From the human T2T-CHM13v2.0 reference genome, Homo sapiens, in the NCBI RefSeq assembly GCF_009914755.1, contig NC_060927.1: a stretch of 64,000 nt of DNA. One strand, given 5' to 3'. Both the position numbers and the translations under genes were made by a program. How positions within the stretch are numbered: position 1 is the stretch's first letter; each line of letters begins with the position of its first letter. Positions 54,706-64,000 of this stretch are shown here, piece after piece. Under the pieces are notes generated by a model that saw only the letters and a program-made list of their open reading frames with translations, had not been told where the DNA came from and made no database searches.

Positions 54706-56075
54706 TAAGTATATAGAAATGCAAATGACTCAGAAAATCTAAAATAATTTTGAAATAAAATAAGAGAACTTATATTTATCAATTGTCAAAATTTTACTAT
54801 AAAGCTACGATAATCAAGGTAGTATGACAATGGCATAAGGAAAGGCAGTGGACAGAACTAAGATGAGAAATTAATCCTTACACATGTGGTCAACTGATTT
54901 TTGACAATGAAGCCAAGGCAAGTCAGTGAGAGGAATGATAGTCTTCCCAACAAATTGTGCTAATAAGATGCCCATATGCAAAAACATAAATTTAGATCCT
55001 TATCTCACACCATACATATAAAATAACTAAAAACTTATTGAAGACCAACATGTAACAGATGAACTATGAGATATACAGGAGAAAAAAGAAAATCTTCAAG
55101 ACCTTGGGTTACACAAAGATTTCTTATATATAACATTAAAAGCACAATCCATTTAAAAACTTATAAATTCAACTTCATCAAAATAAGAAACTTCTGTGCT
55201 TTAAAAAGGACCCTATGAAGACAATGAAATGCCAAGTCATATAAGGGAAAAATATACACAATTATATTTGATGAAGGACTAGTACCCAGAATATATAAAG
55301 AAATTTTTCAATCCAATAATAAAAAGACAAATAAAATTAAACATGGAGAAAGGATCTGATTGAAAAATATACAAATGTCTAATTAATAAGCACCTGAAGA
55401 ATGCTCAGTATCTTTAGTAGTTAAGAAAATGCAAATTAAAATCACAATGATATATAATTTTTTTACCCACTAGGAATGCCTATAATAAAAAGGAAAGACA
55501 GTAACAAGTATTAGAGAGGATGAGGAGACACCAGAACTGCACACATAGGTGGCGACAACATAAAATGGTATGATCACCTCAGAAAATAATTTGGCAATTT
55601 CTGAAAATGTTAAAAATAAAATTACAGATGAGCCAGCAGTTACATTCCTAGATATTTACTTAAATGAAAAACGTATGTCCACACAAAAATGTATTATTTA
55701 TAATAACCAAAACTTTAAGCAATCCAGAATTTCCATCAACTGGTGAATGGGTAAGTACAAGACGGCATATTCGTAGAGTGGAACATGTCTCAGCAATAAA
55801 CAAGAATATACCACGATATGGAAGCGTCCCCAACATACTATGCTATTGAGAGATGCTAGATGCAGATGGAAAACAGATAAATGGATGCCTTCGGCTGGGG
55901 TGAGACCAGGGATTGACTACAAGAGACAAGAGGGGTATTTGGGGGATGATAGATGTTCAAAACTAGATTGTTATAATGTTTATACAACTCTGTAAATGTA
56001 TTAAAAGTCATTGGATTGTACACTTAAGTGAGTCAGTTTTATAATATGTAAATTTCAACTCAATAATGGTGTTAA
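54706..56075 (+). mobile_element. Second old L1M (MC/ME-like) ORF2 3' half plus 3'UTR
   Basis: Restarts at an upstream ORF2 position (tatatagaaatgcaaatg..tactataaagctacgataatcaag); ends ttgtacacttaagtgagtc..caataa. Confidence 0.7.
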
Positions 56076-56089
56076 GAAGTGTGACTTGA

Positions 56090-56477
<388 letters not shown>

Positions 56478-58039
56478 TTACAACAAATATCATATTTAGC
56501 TGCCTTTGTAAATGTTCCTAAATCTAGAACTAAGGAAAAAAGATTCAAAACCCAATTAGTCAAAGCAAGTTTTCAGTATATAACGCAGCACTCTGATTGT
56601 GACTTAATATGGGGATAGATTTTTTTTTTAATTTTAAATGATGCTCAACATTGCCTTCAGGCTATCTACCATAGGTATTGTTATCCCTCTACAGAGCTTT
56701 TGATTAAATATTGAATAGCAGTGAGTTTGATGTTATAATCCCTGACAAGTATCTGTAATGCAGTTACTTTATGTGGCTGATTACGTGGGGAGACAAAAGC
56801 TTTAACAATCAATTGAATTGGAGTCAGGATTATTTTCTTCTTAAGAAAGTTAAGGAGGTTAAAAAAACCCCACATGCTGGAATAGTAAGCCATCTCACTT
56901 TACTTCTTGACTTTATGGTTTCTCAAGCAGAATAGGTGAACAGATTCTAAAAAGCCAACCACTTCTGATCATATTTGTCCCAGAAAGTGCTACAGAATAA
57001 AAACAGCATAGAAACATTTTTACAAATATGCTTGTTCGTTTTCATAGCTATTTTCATGGTTAGAATTGATATTAACCATCACAATAATAATTAATTTGTG
57101 ATTGTTACCTGGGCCTATCTTGAAGCATTTACTGAAATTGGCTACTGGGATAGGAGATCGCAAAGCTAGAGCAGGTGTATGGCTTTCTCCAAACCTGGCT
57201 GGCCAAACTTTCCCCCAGGGGATGTTGAAGTTCTGAACCCAAGAGAGACAGCGGAAAACTTCCTGAATCTTGGAGCTCTGGGCAGCTTCCTGTGCCATTT
57301 CCCTGTGTGGTGATGTTCTCCAGGACTTACAATAGAAAAACTCGTCTCAATTTGGAGAGCTATATATTTAAAGACCAATAAAATACACTTGATTCAATTT
57401 TTTTCCAAATAATATTTTATGTTGCTTTTTCTCTTTTCCCTCCACACCTGAATCTTCTCTAGATCTGTGAAATTAGGAGTTGCAAAGGTTCATCACAGCT
57501 TCTTTTGTTTCTCTGTCCCCAGAAGAAATTTCTCTGACTTTGAATAGATTTTGCTATTTGATCTATATACCTTAGTCTGTGGTACATTTGAAATCATGTA
57601 ACTGTGAGCTAGTTTAAAATATTAATACATGAGACTATTGATGGTAATTTAAGAAGATACTAATACACAGAATTTGTCCCCATTTGTGAAAAAGGCCAAT
57701 GCTTCATAGGCTATAATTACCTGAGCATCTCAGGACCAGGTCCCTAGATCTGCTTTGTACTATATGGGCCTAACATGATGGCATTTAGCATTAACATGGA
57801 AAGCAAAAATATAGCATTACTTTATATTTGAGAAAAGAATGAGAATCTATATTAATTTCTGTATACCATGACAAATACTAATAAATGGATCCTACCTAAA
57901 TATGACTCTACCGTTGAGTCTTCATATAAATTAAATCTTATTGAGAAAGTCAAATTGTTTCAACTCAATTCAAAGATGCCTGAAAACAACAAAATCTAAA
58001 CAACTTTTATATCTCCTGGTTTCTTAATTATAGCATTTA

Positions 58040-58190
58040 AATTCTCTTAGGTTTTGTTTTCTCAAGTCCAAAAGGGAGTTAATTACACTTAAATCATAAG
58101 ACTGCCAGGAACATTGGATCAGATAATGCATAAAAGGTACTTAGCAAAGTTGCCTGGTGCATTGTTGCCTCTCAATTAGTCACTATTATT
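58040..58190 (+). mobile_element. MIR 3' fragment
   Basis: agataatgcataaaaggtacttagcaaagttgcctgg..ctattatt. Confidence 0.55.
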
Positions 58191-59509
58191 TACATAGTAA
58201 CTCACTGGTAATTAAAAAAAAAAATCCTAACTTTGGCTAAAAAAAAAGTGCTGAAAAATGAAAATTTAGAAAGAAATCATTCTTTCAGTGTAAAAGAGAA
58301 TCGAGCATGCTTTTCAGCCAAGGGAAAATAGTGATATTTAATAGGTCATAGAATACATTTTCTTTAGTTCTGAGAAGCAAATATTACCAGTTCTGTTGAA
58401 TCTTACTTTGGAATTCAACTATTGTTTGAAACAACTATTGTTGAAGTATATTTTTTCTTTTTGGATGGGAAGATATTTAGAGTGAAGAAGAGCCTACAAA
58501 ATCTAGAATACCAAAAGCTGCATTTGGGTGAAATAATGCTCTATGCTTTTATGTAAACACTCCAAATAAAAACAATTTGCAAGAAATAACTTTCAATAGA
58601 TTCTTTAAGCTCCAATTAAGCTATTTTGCTGCTTTTATAATTAGTAGCAACCACCATCAATTATATATTCTGAGGTTAGTAATAATAATTACACCGTTAA
58701 ATATTCACTGTGTAAAGATCTTGGTTTTTTACCAGATGACCTCTTCTAGCAATCACATATGCAAAACACAGATGTAGCTTTAACTTCTAAGACAAACTAT
58801 TTATTGACTACATCACAAAGACATTAGAAATAGGTTACAATTAAAAAATTGACTACAAATTGATAATGCAACAAGAGGGACTCTTAGTGATACAATGAGA
58901 GAGTTCAGGTTTGGGGGACACATTTCTTCAGTTAAGGATTAATTAAGCAATTTCTGCCTTGAGGAAGGCTGCTTTGGCTGGCAGCTTGACTGTACTAACA
59001 GATGAGCTTGTTTTGCCAGCAAATGAGTAAACAAATCTGTTAACTACAATTAATTTGGTTTTTTCACATTGATTCACCACATTTTTATTTACCAAATAAT
59101 TCTCATCTCCACTTAAACATAGAAGTCTTACTGCACATATATTAGCTATGTCTTAGTTGATGTGAGTAAGAAGATGAGCAAAAACATTTTACTTCTGTGT
59201 CCAGTGGTACTTAGTGCATTGGTAGCTCTTAGTTGCATGTTGCTATAAAGGATCCTCCTTAAAACTATGCCACATTAATTAACTGATTTGCCTAATAAGT
59301 CTCCTTTATGCATTATTTATCTAGTTAAGTGCATAATGATATATTAATAAGTTGTATAGAAAGAGAGGCTGTGGAGGAGTATTTGTTCTCTGATTATCAA
59401 AAGTATATGCCATTGATATTAGCAATTAAGTCAATTTTTTGTGCTATGCATGCCTTAAAATAATTTTTATAAGAACATCATTTCAATAAAACAGATTCAT
59501 TCGTTTTAT

Positions 59510-59700
59510 ATAACAAACACTTCTGCAGCACTTACTAAGCAAAAAACACTGTGGTACGTGCCTTATTAACTCAGTTATCCTCCAAATAACTATATGACTT
59601 GAATATTATTCCCATTTTAACAATGAAGAAATTGGGACATAGATATAAAGTAATTCACTGAGAACACAAACTGGCAAGTGGGTTTGAACCTAGATAGTTA
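59510..59700 (-). mobile_element. MIR SINE
   Basis: tattattcccattttaacaatgaagaaattgggacataga..gggtttgaacctag. Confidence 0.7.
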
Positions 59701-60099
59701 AGTCACATGCTACAGCCTCAAAACCTGCTGGTTCTTTCAATCCTGCCTTCCTAGAGTTCCTTTCAGACCTGTACACTTGAGATTTCTGTTGACGAAAATC
59801 AATTTCCTATCTGTCCACTTTTCTGGAAAGAGTAAAAAGTTGCTTGTCTGTTTAGAAGTGACCTTTTTTTCTTAGCACATACAATGAAGACTATATAGGC
59901 AGACTCAGTTTCCCTAAAATCTCATCCCAAGGAGAGCAAAGGCAGAGTAGATACAACACACACTGGACTTGAAACTAAACTTTACTTTGCCCCTTGTTTT
60001 TCGTTGTGCATAACCCGGTGGAGTACCTTTTCTTGACTTCCTTTGGCTTCTAAGCAAGAGTCCACATCATGTGAGGTTTTAGAATTGTTCACATCATGT

Positions 60100-60480
60100 A
60101 AACAGAGTTTGGCTTGTCAGATTAGAGTCACATTTTAAAGGGTCTTGAATGTTGAGTTTGAGGTGTCCTAAGTGCAACAGAATAGGGGAATAATGAGAAT
60201 TCTTAAGGAGAGAAATGGAAGATGAAAGCCATTTCATCTGGTCTCTTGAAAGGTGCTGAATGAATTGGAGTAGAGCACTAATATGGCCAGAGACCAGTTA
60301 CACAGCTAACTGGGATGAGGAGGTGAGAGAGGGAGGAGAAGATAAGAAGATAGATCTAAGGTGATTCAAGAGCCTCAGCCCTGCGTAACTACAAGAATGT
60401 AGTTTTATTCACATCACCAGATGAGAGAAATCTTGTTTGGGAGAAAGGAGACACAGGGAGATGACATAGAGTTTAAAGAG
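60100..60480 (-). mobile_element. L2 fragment
   Basis: aagggtcttgaatg..gagaccagtta..: purine-rich reverse L2. Confidence 0.45.
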
Positions 60481-60729
60481 AGAAGATAAATGCGACTTTC
60501 AACAATATACATAAAGATTTATTTCAATCATCTTAGCGTATTGAGGCTAAAAATTCTCAAGATTTTTAAAGTAGTGCGAGCATATTAGCTGAGATGTGTA
60601 ACAATTTTTTTTTTTTTGGCTATGTCAGCATTGTTCTGTGCAAAGCAGCTTTTTCACCAATACTATTTTCCCTTACTGTTACTAGCCCTACTCTGTGAGA
60701 TAAACAATTTAAATTGGTGTCTTTTGTAA

Positions 60730-60930
60730 CTTTCTCATGGAACACATAGTTTTTTTTATAGCATTTATCATAATTTATAATTATATACTCATTTATTATA
60801 GGTTTGATTGTTAAATGTTTCCTCTACTAGAATGAAACTTTAAGTGAAGACATAAACTTCATCTTATTTTACAGCCATGTATACCCAGTTATTAGCATAG
60901 TTTAGAGCTCAAGATGAATAAATAAATGAT
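60730..60930 (+). mobile_element. L2 3' end
   Basis: tagcatttatcataattt..ctactagaatg..tagcatagtt..gaataaataaatga. Confidence 0.65.
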
Positions 60931-63419
60931 TCAAGTTTCTTGTCCTCATTAAAAGCTAAAATTTTAAAAAATCTTACAGACTCAAAAACTGAAGCAATAC
61001 CTGGAGGATTTTATTTACCTCATTGTGCTGAAAAATAAAATAAAAGTCTGTAAACTTCCTGGGCTTTTATTAGAAATTAAAGGTTAGGAATAGTTGTAAC
61101 TAGGTTAGCAGTGAATTGCTAAATTTAAACACTTCCCTTCCAAGTGGTTCAACTTTGTTAACATCTCAACTGTTCAGGTTCTTGTAAGTAAAATATTTAT
61201 GGATATAAAAGGTTGTAATGTAACATTGTAATAAGCAGAGAAAGAAGCACTATTCTTTGTCAGAGAGATTTGCATTACTAGTAATAGAAGTTAGCCTCAC
61301 AGCTGGAGTGCTGCAAGAAAGAAAAAAAATATTTTTTGAGATGGAAAAAAATGTGTTCATAAAAAGTTCAAATACTTCAATCAAAGTATAGTATGATATA
61401 CACTATTTTTTTTTCACAGATGAAAGGCCCAAATAATGTAAGCCTTAAAAAAATAAAAGTACAATAAAGGTCTGTGATCCAGAACATCTTCAATCACAGC
61501 CTCTTATTCTGCTCTGTCATCTAATTTCACCATTCTCCACTCCAGTGCCTTTGACCTTCGGAGAACAATAATGCCAATGACTTTTACAGTTATTTGCCCC
61601 ATTGTGCCACTGTAATTGAGTTCACCTACAGACCTATTTGATATTGTATTAATAATTATTTATGCTAGAAGTATTCTAGCTACACTAATAAGTCTCTGTA
61701 AAATCTCATCAAGAAACTTTAAAAAAGATGTTTTGTGTTAATGATGATGAGGTGTCCTTGACTATACTGAACTTCTCACTATTGTTTGAATTCTAAAAAT
61801 GTATTTATATTTATATTTATGCATAGAAATAAAAAATTTTAAAAACCTGTACATTATAAAAATTTAAATGACGTTATTTTCATGAAATTAAAGAAAAATT
61901 ATCTGTTTCCCTACAGCTTGATGTGAACAAGAAAAAAATGTGTTTTCCTTTTAATGATAAGCAAAAATGTTTCAGTAATTTTAAATGTTTTATACATTCT
62001 CTAAGGTCTTATCAACCCAATGCTTGCTTTAAATGTAGTTAATATAAGACAATATGTATGTAGCTTTAAGTAGCCTCTATAACATAAGCGTATTTTCCAA
62101 TCATTAATGTCTTAAGCAAAAAGACCAAAAGTAGAAAATAACATTCTTCAAAAAATGTCTTTCTTGCCACAGTGTCCAAACTCTTCTATATGGCAGATGT
62201 GTAATTTCCAGAAGTAATATAACACAGTGCGAAATCTCTACGTAACAAAGGAGGTCCAAATTTTTATTTGCCTCAAATGATATTCAACCGAACAGAATCC
62301 CAATGCATAGAATATTGTAGACAATTAGAATTTCATTTTTGATGTAATTTTATTTCTTCACCAAACTAGGATTTGTAAATGTACCCATTTTAGTCGGATA
62401 ATTTGTTCTAATACCTAAGTAGGTTTTGACCCTATAGTTAACAGAAGCTTTCTCTCAGTTATGCACAAGAACCCAGAAGAACGTTTGTGTGACTGACACC
62501 GGTGAGCCTGGCAGATGAGAGTGACTCAGGGCAGTGTGACACATGTCACTGAAGTGTATCAGGTCCAAGCCTGAATGCACCTCCTGTAACTTAATTGGGC
62601 TGCAAGTGCTGAGGCGGGCAGCAATTGGAGAGAATGAAAGTAGGCCAGATGTTTCTAGGCAATTATTGGCCTACCCACAGCACATACATGAATTAGACCT
62701 TGTTCAGACAATGACTCCACATATACTGCCCAGATGATAAGCATGGGATTTTTCTCCACTCCCTACTGTCTCACAATGAAACTATTATTTACATTTTAAG
62801 CATGTCTACAATTTGGCTACATTCTTCCTCTCCAACTGCGTCAGACACCTGCCATGTCAGTCACACTGCTCATTGCTGTTCTGCACTCACACGCATTCCT
62901 TTCTTACCGTGCTTCATGTGCACTTTCCCCTAAAACTAATGTCCACCTCAACACCCCCACCTTCTATGTCCATCTTTCTATGTGTAATTCAGTACAAAGG
63001 CTATTATCCCACAAAGTCAAGATCAAGTTCACTCCTTCTACTCTTTCTTATCCAGTTTCAGGCCTTCCCAACTTTTACTTTAATTTTATTCGTTACTTTG
63101 CAATTTAGTATATAAGTGTATTCTTCATTGTTTGAAGCTCATGAGGTAGTCACTGAACTGAACTGTGAAGTCTTCCAGTTCAAGGCCCATCTTTTGTGCT
63201 TCCTGGTATCTGGAATTTGGTTGCTAGAAGTTCTGGATGTCACATTGATGGGGCAGGTTTCTCACTAAACTAATTTTCCATGCTGGCAACTAAATGGGAG
63301 TTAAAAATGTCGGTAAAGACAAAGACAAGTGGAGACTAATGTGCTGTCATTACTAGGGCAAGAATGGTGGTAAAGTCCCTATATTTGCCCACTGAAATAC
63401 CAACTATGATCATTACCAC

Positions 63420-63650
63420 AATAATTAGCATTTATTGGGCTTCTACCCCGTGCCTACTTTGGCTCTAAATCAGGGGTTTAATATGAACATAATTGCATTT
63501 AGTCAGGATAACAACACTGTTAAGTACGTATTATTTTCTCCATTTTAGGGAACGTAAGGAATTTCTCAAAGACCATTCAGAAGGTAAGAGTGGTGAAAAT
63601 GGAATCAAAACATAGTTTGACCTGACTGTACAACTTTTTACCATAGAACT
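63420..63650 (-). mobile_element. MIR SINE
   Basis: tagcatttattgggcttctac..tattattttctccatttt..ggaatcaaaacatagtttgacctgact. Confidence 0.6.
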
Positions 63651-64000
63651 CAGAAAGAATTTAGGCCTCTAAAAACTATACACTTGTTCACAAAAAAAAC
63701 CATCCACCAATTATATATTGTAAATTATAAGTTGCATTGTATTTTAAAACAATAATCATTCAATCAAGCCCTGTTGAGCTCCTAAATATAGTATAGAAGG
63801 AATTAAATATCCAGTCCTTATAATAAAAAAAGAAAATATAGATGAATGGAGAGAAATCAAGTGTTAAATAAAAATTATATTAGAAATGTCTTAAAACAAT
63901 TTGTGATGAGTTCAATAACTGATGCCATGAGATTATATCAAGGCTTACTGTGATTGTAGGCTGAAGGTTTTAAGCACTAGATTCGATAGGAGAAAGACTT

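Noticed and set aside
58416-58445. caactattgtt duplicated, with hairpin potential
   Set aside because: A 16-bp slippage duplication in AT-rich DNA, too short for a structured RNA.

Overview
This is AT-rich primate (most likely hominoid/human) non-coding DNA, intergenic or deep intronic. I found no protein-coding exon, RNA gene, CpG island or CRISPR array that I can support, and I cannot name the locus. The recognisable ORFs are transposon remnants and the rest look like chance ORFs. Contents: a near full-length Tigger1 (4446-6813) inserted in MER5A1; a MER63 hAT element holding MER58A and an MLT2 LTR; an ERVL LTR33-like LTR with a deleted internal region retaining a dUTPase remnant; MaLR LTRs; seven near-full-length Alus plus one atypical fragment; many MIR/L2/old L1M fragments; and a ~10 kb L1 cluster (45.9-56.1 kb). 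That cluster includes a twin-primed (5'-inverted) L1PA inside an MSTB LTR inside an old L1M, and an L1PA15/16-like copy lacking its RT core. A few repeat-free blocks carry transcription-factor motif clusters or excess CpG and are only candidate regulatory elements. I see no evidence of a new biological system. Repeat names come from recalled consensus sequences, not a database search, so subfamily calls and the boundaries of old repeats are approximate.
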